Source: Octopus bimaculoides
Taxonomy: Eukaryota
Reading direction: 5' to 3'
Length of the DNA stretch: 64,000 nucleotides
Assembly: GCF_001194135.2 (NCBI RefSeq)
Contig: NC_068983.1
Location: forward strand, 62,752,827-62,816,826
The notes below the pieces were generated by a model, which did no database searches, was not told where the DNA came from, and saw nothing but the letters and a program-made list of their open reading frames with translations. The position numbers and the translations under genes were made by a program. Below are positions 1 to 10,179 of this stretch, piece by piece; the first letter of the stretch is position 1; the number at the start of each line of letters is the position of its first letter.

Positions 1-51
1 TTATCGATTTGATAGTAATACTTCTGTCTACCTGCCTTTCAATCAATGTAT

Positions 52-87
<36 letters not shown>

Positions 88-1219
88 TGTGCATGTTTGT
101 GCGTGCGTGCGTACGCGCGCTCGTTTTGCCTGCTCGAATCCCCACGTAAGTGTTAAAACTACTCGTTTTAACTTTAATCGCTTGTGGATGAATATTTTTT
201 GCCGTATTGTCGGAAATATCAAACATATGTCATTTCGCACGCGCACGCCCACGAGGTCACACACACACATACGGTCACATGATATGTATGTATAGAATCT
301 GTCTCATGATCGGACCATCTTTAGAGCACCTTGCATGACGAAAAGCAGAATAAAGCAAAGAGTAGATGAATTCTGTGGAGTAAACAGCAATTCAATAACT
401 GGAAATGAAAGAAGTCCTACTTCTTGTTGTCAAATCTCTCAAGGAAAAAGAAGACTCTGATGCAACATCTGCAACATTATTTCATCCGATGATATAGAGT
501 AATTCTTTTTAGATAAATGCATGCGCTATTTAGAGAATAGGATCTGCCATATGAAAGACCTTCCCTCTCTTCCAAATTCTCCGAGCACAGACATCTTTGT
601 TATGTTTAGCATAGTTTGAGCGATCAATGCGCAAAAATACAACATATTCATGAAAAATTCCATGATTCACTGAAGGAATGGGTCGCCATGGATGATTGCT
701 ACCAAAGGCGCCGATCGTTGCCACACAGATTCAAATGAGTGGACGTCACTGGCAGGGAAGCAGAATTGTAAAGCTACATTCACATGCACACGTTTAAGAG
801 AACAATCAAATAATGGTATATATATATATATATNNNNNNNNNNNNNNNNNNNNNNNNNNNNNNNNNNNNNNNNNNNNNNNNNNNNNNNNNNNNNNNNNNN
901 NNNNNNNNNNNNNNNNNNNNNNNNNNNNNNNNNNNNNNNNNNNNNNNNNNNNNNNNNNNNNNNNNNNNNNNNNNNNNNNNNNNNNNNNNNNNNNNNNNNN
1001 NNNNNNNNNNNNNNNNNNNNNNNNNNNNNNNNNNNNNNNNNNNNNNNNNNNNNNNNNNNNNNNNNNNNNNNNNNNNNNNNNNNNNNNNNNNNNNNNNNNN
1101 NNNNNNNNNNNNNNNNNNNNNNNNNNNNNNNNNNNNNNNNNNNNNNNNNNNNNNNNNNNNNNNNNNNNNNNNNNNNNNNNNNNNNNNNNNNNNNNNNNNN
1201 NNNNNNNNNNNNNNNNNNN

Positions 1220-1278
<59 letters not shown>

Positions 1279-1659
1279 ATGTATGTGTGTATATATATAT
1301 ATGTGTGTATGCTGCTTATAAATTGTTTTATTTTTATTTTTTTATATATATACTTCACTTTATACTTTTACATTTATTTTACACTCTTTTACTTCCGGTT
1401 TCTTTATGTTTTAATTTTTTAATNNNNNNNNNNTTTTACACTCTTTTACTTCCGGTTTCTTTATGTTTTAATTTTTTAATTTTTAATTTCTTTGTACTTC
1501 TGATTTTTTATCGGTTATATTTTGACTCTTTTATCCTTATTTTTTATAATTTATTATTTTTTTCATCTTTAATTTTTTTATTCTTTACTTTTTATCTCTT
1601 ATTTTTATTATTTTTATTATTTTTTACTATTTTTTAGTTCTTATTTTATTGTTTATTTC

Positions 1660-2700
1660 TTATTTGTTACATTATTAATGTGGGTGCTAATATTTCCTAT
1701 CACTAGTATACTATATTACTCTGTATTTTGAATTTTGTTTTTTGAATTTTAACGTCCAACCCTACCTCTCCCATATAATTTATTTCACTTTTCTTGTTGA
1801 CATGTTTATTGGTTCATTCTTTAAGGTCTTCTATGTTATAATTACCCTTTCCACTTCCTTCACCCTTCTTCATCTAGATAAGTGTATGTAGATAAGTTAG
1901 TACACTTAAGTTGTAATTCGCTTAGGTTGATCACTGACCACTCACCACAAGAATATCATGTTTCATGTTTCATGTTTCAAGTCTATTCTGGCATGACACT
2001 TCTTATTTACGACCCACCACTGATATAGACAGACACAGCTCATATATGTCTATCCCTTACGACCTTTAAGATCTCTGTATCTATATCCATTTATCGCTTT
2101 ATCTTCTTCTTCTACATTTAGATTTTTCATCACCACCCTTCGCCAACCCATCTAAATAGCTTACTTGACTATCCAGACTTTCTCTTATTGTTTCTTAGAT
2201 TACCCGCCCCACCGATTTGACTCCTTTTATGTTTTATTTTATTTTAATTTTAAGTTTTTTATTTTTATTTTAAGTTTATTTTATTTTTACATGAATATCT
2301 GTGTATAACTTTTTCTTTTCTTTTCTGCTCAAGATTTTATATTCCCATTTTATTTTATATTGTTATTTCGTTTTGTCATTTTATTATATTGTTCTTAACC
2401 ACCAACTTAGCACTACACACTGAATCGTGGCAGGGTATGGACGGTTTTCGGAGTACCGAGGAAATTAGGTGTAGATGGAGAATTCTACGAGGTATAGTAC
2501 AATGCAAAATACCGAAAGGAACTTCACCTCTTATATCGCACCTTTCTTCCTCCTTTAACGCCGATGTGATATAATTTCTTGGGAGAGAAATACTTTTGCG
2601 GCTGAAGATAGCTTTGTATTGTCAATTATACACTGATATAAAGCTTGAAACACGTGTACCGCAGAATCCTTTGTGTTTTTGTTGTTATTTTTTGCATTTA
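1660..2700 (+). mobile_element. Probable Penelope-like element 3'/pseudo-LTR fragment
   Basis: C/T-rich non-coding stretch ending in a degenerate motif (CCGAGGA...CGAAAG, ~2456-2530) plus an intact hammerhead, then a T-rich tail and (TA)n. The same layout recurs at 31.9-32.5 kb and 60.7-61.0 kb. The left boundary is approximate. Confidence 0.5.
2594..2666 (+). ncRNA. Minimal type I hammerhead ribozyme motif (Penelope-like element type)
   Basis: Stem I TTTTGCGG (2594-2601) pairs with CCGCAGAA (2659-2666). Core CTGAAGA at 2602-2608. Stem II of ~12 bp (2610-2621 with 2634-2645). GAAA at 2647-2650, then C-ACGT-G (palindrome ACACGTGT) and cleavage triplet GTA at 2656-2658. Confidence 0.8.
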
Positions 2701-2702
2701 CA

Positions 2703-2751
<49 letters not shown>

Positions 2752-2884
2752 TNNNNNNNNNNNNNNNNNNNNNNNNNNNNNNNNNNNNNNNNNNNNNNNN
2801 NNNNNNNNNNNNNNNNNNNNNNNNNNNNNNNNNNNNNNNNNNNNNNNNNNNNNNNNNNNNNNNNNNNNNNNNNNNNNNNNNNNN

Positions 2885-2930
<46 letters not shown>

Positions 2931-3394
2931 CATATATATATGTATACACTTGCACACACGCACACACGCACGCGCACAAGCACACACACACATACATATA
3001 CTAAAAATTAATATAAAGAGCCAGGCACAATATGATACATAAAGGAAAATTCAATCGCTATGGACTGTGACTAAGAGTGCCGAAGCACCTACATGGCAAT
3101 AAAGAAGAGCTAAAATACTCTTCATGCTGAAGAACGGAAGTGTATACATTTCGACTATACTGTAGGCATCATCATTGGTGATTGCTCGAACGGCTCATGG
3201 TGGACTGATTCCGTCTGCCAGCATACATATACTTATCATGAAAAGTTATGGATTATTTAGCGGAATGAGAACGCGTATACTATATATATATATATATATA
3301 TATATACAAACGCATACACTCACACATGTAAATATTGTTCATAGAATACACTTAGTGGTTCTCAAGAGGTTTAAACTTGAGCGGGTAGAAAAAT

Positions 3395-4412
3395 AAATGT
3401 AAGGATTAGCAAGTGAGGCAGGTTAATATATGAAGTATATTAAATACATAAAATACAAAAAAAATGTATGTATGTTTACATACGAAAAGGTCTGGCTAAC
3501 AGAACAGAAATGACATCAAGAATTCAAGGCGTTGAAGAAAAATATTAGAAGTCCAACAGCTGTTTCTGGAGGCTCGGTGGGCCAAAATAATGCTTGTAGA
3601 TTGATCCCATCGTTGGCTGAGACAAACCTCCGTCTTAAGGGAGGAGATTTTACATTTCAGGTTTTTGACAGAAAGAAGTTCAAAGATGAAATGATTTTGT
3701 GGAGAGCTAAGTGTATTAGAGGGTGAAATTGGGGAATATTCAGATTATTTCCTCCTCTCACTATTCCCTATCTGAATACCTCCCCAATTCCACCCTCTAA
3801 TACACTTAGCTCTCCACAAAATCATTTCATCTTTGAACTTCTTTCCGATTAAGCCTAATCTCAAGGATTAGGCTTAATAAAGAGGCTAATAGGGAGTTAT
3901 ATTAGTAGAGGTGGAAAGTAGGATGAAGAGGCTACATGGCCGCTGTGGGGAAGCTATGGGGGTAGTGGGAAGTACTGGTTTTGAAATATTTGGAAAGGTA
4001 TGTTTGAGAACCACTACTTATTAAGCCTAATACTTGAAATTTATTTTCTCCTCTCACTATTCTCTATGTAAATACCTCCCCGGTTCCGCCCTCTAATACA
4101 CCTAGCTGTCCAAAAAAATCATTCCATATTTGAACATCTTTCTGTCCAAAAACTCAAATATAAAATCACTTCCCCGTTTAAGACAGAGGTTTGTCTCATC
4201 CGACAATGGAATCAATCTACAAACAATATTTTGGGCCGACAAGCCCCCAGAAACAGCTACTGGATTTGTAGTACTTTTTTTCAACCCCTTTAATTCTTGA
4301 CATCATTCCTATTCTCTGTAAGTCACACCCTTTTGTATGCAAACATACATACATTTTTTGTATTTAATATACTTAGTATATTGGCCTGCCTAACTTGCTT
4401 ATCCTTACATTT
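3395..4412. repeat. ~1 kb imperfect palindrome (inverted PLE pseudo-LTR-like arms)
   Basis: 3395-3745 is the diverged reverse complement of ~4050-4412; the ORF track shows homologous peptides 3532-3726(+) and 4102-4284(-). Each arm carries CCAGAAACAGCT reading outward. Nested hairpins occupy the centre. Confidence 0.85.
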
Positions 4413-4602
4413 ATATATATATATATATATNNNNNNNNNNNNNNNNNNNNNNNNNNNNNNNNNNNNNNNNNNNNNNNNNNNNNTATGTATGTATGTACAT
4501 ATATATATACATGTATATATATATGTATGTATGTATGTGTGGGTGTGTATGCATTCATGTATGTATGTATGTATGTATGTATGTATGTATGTATGTATGT
4601 AT

Positions 4603-4715
4603 GCATGTAAGATCCAGGGATCGAGGAGTAGGAAGAAAGTTAGCATCGAGCAATCCGCAGTGAATATAAAAAACAACTTTTAGGAACAATTATAGTTCAT
4701 TGAGACGAAAGGTTG
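4603..4715 (+). repeat. Short dispersed repeat abutting (ATGT)n; second copy at ~60083-60200
   Basis: GTAAGATCCAGGGATCGAGGAGTAGGAAG...GAGCAATCCG...AGGAACAAT aligns with GTAAGATCCAAGGATCAAGGTGTAGGAAG...GAGCAGTCTG...AGGAACAAT at ~60085. Confidence 0.6.
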
Positions 4716-5810
4716 CAGATTCTTTTGTCGTCTGCCCATAACTCGTATATTCTTTTTCCCATCATAAACTCACACACACGCACACACACACACACACACA
4801 CACGCGCGCACTTGGACTTGGGTGTGTGTGTATGGCCAGCTCAACCAACAAACACCAGCACAACTATATATTTACAAACACTGGTACCTCTGTTGGCTTG
4901 AAAATGTTTTCACCTTCTAAGGAAAGGAAATTATACTTACCCTCGATTAACACTGTAAAGATAAAACACTATTTGAGACTTATGTGACATTTCAATGAAG
5001 AAAACGAATGTCTCTGTGCATCTACCACAATCTAAATGTGTGGTCATTTATGAACCTTGTTTAAATTGAATTTCTTCAGGAAAATAGAGGGTCGGCTATC
5101 CATAAAGAAAAAAAATCTGTAATATTACAGACAGTTGAATACCTAATGACGCGAAACATGCAATGTTCCTGCAATCTAATATACCTTTTTTAAAAAAAAT
5201 AATATCAAGTGGTCTACGGGATTATAGAAAAATCAGTCTAAAACGACCAATCTCTCAATTAACTGTGCTAGTAAAAGATCGATAATGACACATCAGAGGA
5301 ATTACAAATGACTCAAAATGATAATTAAATTTAAGGCTTTATGTTAAACGAAATTCACTAACCATTCTTAATTATTACTCTAAGCAACGAATTTTTAAAT
5401 ATGAAAGTATTACACGCAATATTATTGAAGCTTTTTGAAAACAAAATATCAAGGACTTCTCATAAAACAGTAATGTGAGAAATCCCTTTAGAACATAAAA
5501 TAAATATTTAATCATTTAAAAAATCTTTTAGTCAAATATGGGAGAAATTAATTCATCTCTCATTCAACTAGTTGATGGAAAGGTTTCCATAATAGTGACT
5601 CAAATAATAGTTATGAAATCATTAAATCTTCTTTAAAAAAAGAAAACAAACAACCGAGTAGTTGACAGAAAAAAAATTCAATGGAACAAAAGAATAAATT
5701 ATTTCGAGAATCATTAACGAACAAGTCTCATATGAAGTTTAAGGCATAGATTGACATAATATTTCACTGAGGAGATTTAATCGCCAGTCACTAAACACAT
5801 ACGGACACAT

Positions 5811-5864
<54 letters not shown>

Positions 5865-5884
5865 GGAACGGACAGACAGACATA

Positions 5885-5972
5885 CATGCAGCCTTGGATC
5901 TTGGTTAGAAACTGGCTCTTTCTCTATTGGCAAGAAATCTTGAAATAAAACTGAACAAAGATATACATACAT
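5885..5972 (+). mobile_element. 3'-terminal stub of a (TACA)n-tailed retroelement
   Basis: GCCTTGGATCTTGGTTAGAAACTGGCTCTTTCTCTATTGGCAAGAAATCTTGAAATAAAACTGAA followed by (TACA)n. Reverse-complement copies occur at 45095-45305. Confidence 0.65.
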
Positions 5973-6327
5973 ACGTACGTACATAGATTCATACATGCAT
6001 GCATACATACATAATGTACAAACATGAATAGATATGAATGTATATAAAATGGATGTACGTATCTATATACGTATGTATATACAAGAATAAGGGCAGGGAA
6101 TCGTCAATTAATAATAGAATTAATAATTAACAATTTTGCCAAGTAGTTCAGTATGAAAAAAACCTTTATCGGTAAAACTATTTATCATCATAAATATACA
6201 GGGATTAGCAATTGAGTTGCTTCTCCAACACACTGAAAATTTAGAAATAGCAGTCAAAGAACTACTGATTCTAAACTACAAATTTTTCTCTAAATGGATG
6301 GCGATATTTATGGCACACATAGAACAA

Positions 6328-6405
6328 AAAACCGGAGGGAAAAGCGTAAACAAAACAAGTCTTTAGTTAAAGACTTGTTTTGTTTACGCTTTTCCCTCCG
6401 GTTTT
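6328..6405. repeat. Perfect 38-bp inverted repeat (2-nt loop) running into an assembly gap
   Basis: 6328-6365 is the exact reverse complement of 6368-6405. Ns begin at 6406. Confidence 0.95.
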
Positions 6406-7207
6406 NNNNNNNNNNNNNNNNNNNNNNNNNNNNNNNNNNNNNNNNNNNNNNNNNNNNNNNNNNNNNNNNNNNNNNNNNNNNNNNNNNNNNNNNNNNNNNN
6501 NNNNNNNNNNNNNNNNNNNNNNNNNNNNNNNNNNNNNNNNNNNNNNNNNNNNNNNNNNNNNNNNNNNNNNNNNNNNNNNNNNNNNNNNNNNNNNNNNNNN
6601 NNNNNNNNNNNNNNNNNNNNNNNNNNNNNNNNNNNNNNNNNNNNNNNNNNNNNNNNNNNNNNNNNNNNNNNNNNNNNNNNNNNNNNNNNNNNNNNNNNNN
6701 NNNNNNNNNNNNNNNNNNNNNNNNNNNNNNNNNNNNNNNNNNNNNNNNNNNNNNNNNNNNNNNNNNNNNNNNNNNNNNNNNNNNNNNNNNNNNNNNNNNN
6801 NNNNNNNNNNNNNNNNNNNNNNNNNNNNNNNNNNNNNNNNNNNNNNNNNNNNNNNNNNNNNNNNNNNNNNNNNNNNNNNNNNNNNNNNNNNNNNNNNNNN
6901 NNNNNNNNNNNNNNNNNNNNNNNNNNNNNNNNNNNNNNNNNNNNNNNNNNNNNNNNNNNNNNNNNNNNNNNNNNNNNNNNNNNNNNNNNNNNNNNNNNNN
7001 NNNNNNNNNNNNNNNNNNNNNNNNNNNNNNNNNNNNNNNNNNNNNNNNNNNNNNNNNNNNNNNNNNNNNNNNNNNNNNNNNNNNNNNNNNNNNNNNNNNN
7101 NNNNNNNNNNNNNNNNNNNNNNNNNNNNNNNNNNNNNNNNNNNNNNNNNNNNNNNNNNNNNNNNNNNNNNNNNNNNNNNNNNNNNNNNNNNNNNNNNNNN
7201 NNNNNNN

Positions 7208-7330
7208 TTTATAGATCCCAAAATGATTAAAAAATAAAGTCTTCCTCGGCGGAACTTGAACTGAAGACATGAAGGACGAAAGGGTGCTATGCATTTTGCC
7301 CGGTGTGCTAACTATTCTGCCAGCTCGCCG
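7208..7330 (-). mobile_element. tRNA-like SINE family B, 5' part
   Basis: Reverse strand reads GGCGAGCTGGCAGAATAGTTAGCACACCGGGCAAAATGC...GTTCAAGTTCCGCCGAGG, matching the copies at 15205 and 25407. Confidence 0.75.
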
Positions 7331-7363
7331 ACTTTGATAATAATAATAGTAATAATAATAATA

Positions 7364-7409
<46 letters not shown>

Positions 7410-7411
<2 letters not shown>

Positions 7412-7525
7412 GTTTCAAATTTTGCCACAAGTGCAGCGATTTAGGGGCGAAGGGATGAGTCAATTACATCGAACTCAGTGTTTCAATGGTACTTATTTCA
7501 TCGACCCCGAAAATAAAGACAAAGA
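7410..7525 (-). mobile_element. SINE family B, 3' part
   Basis: TTTCAAATTTTGCCACAAG...GAGTCAATTACATCGA...GGTACTTATTTCATCGACCCCGAAA is the reverse of the family 3' end. It follows an (AAT)/(GAT)n tract. Confidence 0.7.
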
Positions 7526-8753
7526 TGAATAAAGACCATCAGTGAGCAAATACAGAATCTGTGGAAAAGGTAACCAAAATATTAACTAAGTCCTTAGTGA
7601 ATGCTGTAAACTAGCATTAAAAAATGTATAAGCACAGACATGACCGTCGGTAAAATATTTGTATTAAGATAATATCTAAGTTCGTGGATTGAAAATGCTG
7701 GAAATTTATTATGAATAAAAGCCAGAAGAAGCATATAATTGTAGAGACGAAAATGTAAACTAGTTTATGATTTTAGATTTTGCAATTTTAGATAGAGTGA
7801 ACATCAATAAATTTGTGGAATGTGAGAAATACTCGGGCCTTATCAGGGTGGCAAAGGTGAATATTTTTCCAATAGTAATTTGTGCATTTGACCATATTTG
7901 AAATGAGATATGTCAAGAATCAAGAGTCAAGAGTAAGTGTCACAGTCAATATTACTGGCTGAGACGTTTCTTTGAATATACTGTGACAAGAGCCTATGGA
8001 TAGGTTTACGGTGTACCAAATCGATTTGTTGCTTCAGCTCACCCCCAGCCTTGAACGCCAAACATATGCTTCCATATGCCATATTTCGGTTGAGATAAAC
8101 CACATAATTCCAAATATCAACCCACGCTTTCTTTGACTACACCTTTTAATCTATGCTGAAAAATCCCAGACATCTAAGTAGAAGTTTTGGGTATGTAACA
8201 TTCTGGCATGCTTTATTTATTTATTTATTTATTTATTTATTATATTGTGTAGAGATGACCGAGGTTCGGGATATATTTTCGGATTGCAACATAGTGAAAC
8301 ATTTGCTGTATTTTACTCCTGTTGTTGTTGCTTCTTACTTATAAAATTGTCCATTTTTTCTGTGTAGTGAAAATGCTTGAGTGTCATAGATAATTTTTAT
8401 TTGTCATTCGTATTAAAAAACAAAATGTTTTTGTTTACAATGTTTTCAGAAATATCTTCGAAATGTTTGCGTAGGTGTATGCATCTGCCTTTGCAGCCAG
8501 CACTTCCTTCCATTCCATAGTTTATCCAAAGTTTACGCAAGTAAGTTAAGTTCGGAGTTTAAAATATATAAAAACGACCAACAGCAATTATTTATATTAC
8601 TCACAGTAAACAAAGTAGACATTGAAATGTCCCAAAGAATAATACTAAAATATGCATTACGCAAAACGTGGTAGACTTAGTAATATTCAATGTTCTGGTA
8701 ACTCCGTTCTAGTGGGTTGTCCATTGCAAAAATGAGTGGTAAATTAACAAAGA

Positions 8754-8818
<65 letters not shown>

Positions 8819-8819
<1 letters not shown>

Positions 8820-9372
8820 CCCGGATGCAATAACAGGCAGTGGTTCTCATGACTTCTGATCTTAACTGATTTGATGTGTTATCATGTACACTGTTTTGTC
8901 TTGGTATAAAAGATGGGCTACAGCAAATATTCTGCTTAATACCACAGATTTGCTTGTCAGTTGTTTGACCATAACCAATTGAGCATGTCCCTTGGTGGCT
9001 GACGATTCGTGCATCTCTGATCATGAGCAGAAGTAGTGGGGGAGCATCATAGCCATATATTGAGAGGAATTCTTTGGGGTTTGAATAATTCAGTTTTGGA
9101 AACATGGGTGTTTTGCTTAACGTCCTTAAACAACCCTTATTCGGGGACCTTTTGAGCGGGATGGGCTACTCGACCTGAAGAAAATTTTAACTGGGTCCCA
9201 CTTGTGAGGTCATGCGTTGTTTATCTTGATATGAGATCACCATGTCGCGCACATATGGTTGTGATGCATGTGCCTGATGTGCCCTTATCAGACGAGTAGT
9301 CATGATTGGTATAATGGGCTTCGTATATTTTACCCCAGTGTCACTTTGATGGCATGCACTGCTCACTCACTC
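8819..9372 (-). mobile_element. ~550-bp non-coding retroposon family D, flanked by (AAT)n
   Basis: Homologous copies at 27512-27987 and ~63285-63799. (AAT)n lies on both sides here. Strand is inferred from the long (ATT)n tail on the minus strand. Confidence 0.75.
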
Positions 9373-9494
9373 AATAATAATAATATTAATAATATTGCAA
9401 GGACAGATGCATACACCTACTCAAGAATTTCGAAGATATTTCCGAAATCATTGTAAACACGAACATTTTGTTTTTGAAACTGAATTAAACTGAA

Positions 9495-10071
9495 AATAGG
9501 TGGATAAAGAAATGAATGCATGGACAATTTCATAAAGATGTTCAAGATAAGACAGACAAAGAAAAAAGATGGTCATGGATGACTAAAAGTGATTTAAAAC
9601 TGGAAATGGAGGCTCTAATCTGTGCTGCCTGGGAGCAAGCATAAAGAACAAATTACATCAAATACAAAATAGCCAACACATCAGAAAGTGATAAGTGCAG
9701 AACTTTCGGATGCTGGATCGTAGATATAGCATGCCCAGCTGACAACAAAGTATGTGATAAGGAAGAAAGAAAATTCGATAGATATAACAGGTTAGCTTGG
9801 GAGGTTAAGCAGTTGTTGTCGCTGAAAAATGTGGTAGTAGTACCAATAATTGTTGAAACCCTGGGAACTGTGAGTAAAAATCTTGAGAAGTATATGGAAC
9901 AAATAGGGGATGCAATAAGGGTGGAGCACTTGCAATAAACAGCACTTCTTCGAACCGCTCGAATACTCCCGATGGCGCTCGAAAAGTAAGAGGTGTTACC
10001 TTAGTTCACTGGTAGTGAACAGCTGACACCATAACACATCTCCAGCGTTACAAGCTGTGCAAAAACAATAA

Positions 10072-10072
<1 letters not shown>
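9495..10072 (+). mobile_element. R4/Dong-clade non-LTR retrotransposon 3' fragment (RLE region, internally deleted, decayed)
   Basis: Translates to MHGQFHKD..WSWMTKSDLKLEMEALICAAWEQA*RTNYIKYKI..DKCR / CWIVDIACPADNKVCDKEERKFDRY..VVVVPIIVETLGTVSKNL..TALLRTARIL..EK* (stop 9987-9989). A short 3' UTR and (AAT)n tail follow. The CCHC knuckle and PD motif are deleted. Confidence 0.85.
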
Positions 10073-10161
<89 letters not shown>

Positions 10162-10179
10162 AACAACAACAACAACAAT

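Noticed and set aside
300-520. KRRL*CNIC, reminiscent of a piggyBac cysteine-rich tail
   Set aside because: Too few conserved residues; no TIR or TTAA context found.
1377-1480. 47-bp exact duplication either side of a 10-N gap
   Set aside because: Typical unmerged contig overlap, so an assembly artefact.
2389-2574. ORF with RSTEEIRCRWRIL, superficially Myb/SANT-like
   Set aside because: Short, has no true ATG or splice support, and overlaps the degenerate hammerhead of the pseudo-LTR region.
3125-3170. CTGAAGA followed by a CGGAAGTG/CATTTCG hairpin
   Set aside because: No GAAA after the stem, so it is not a hammerhead as written.
7261-7290. CTGAAGA...GACGAAAG
   Set aside because: Lies inside a reverse SINE B copy whose other copies lack it, and has no stem II; chance match.
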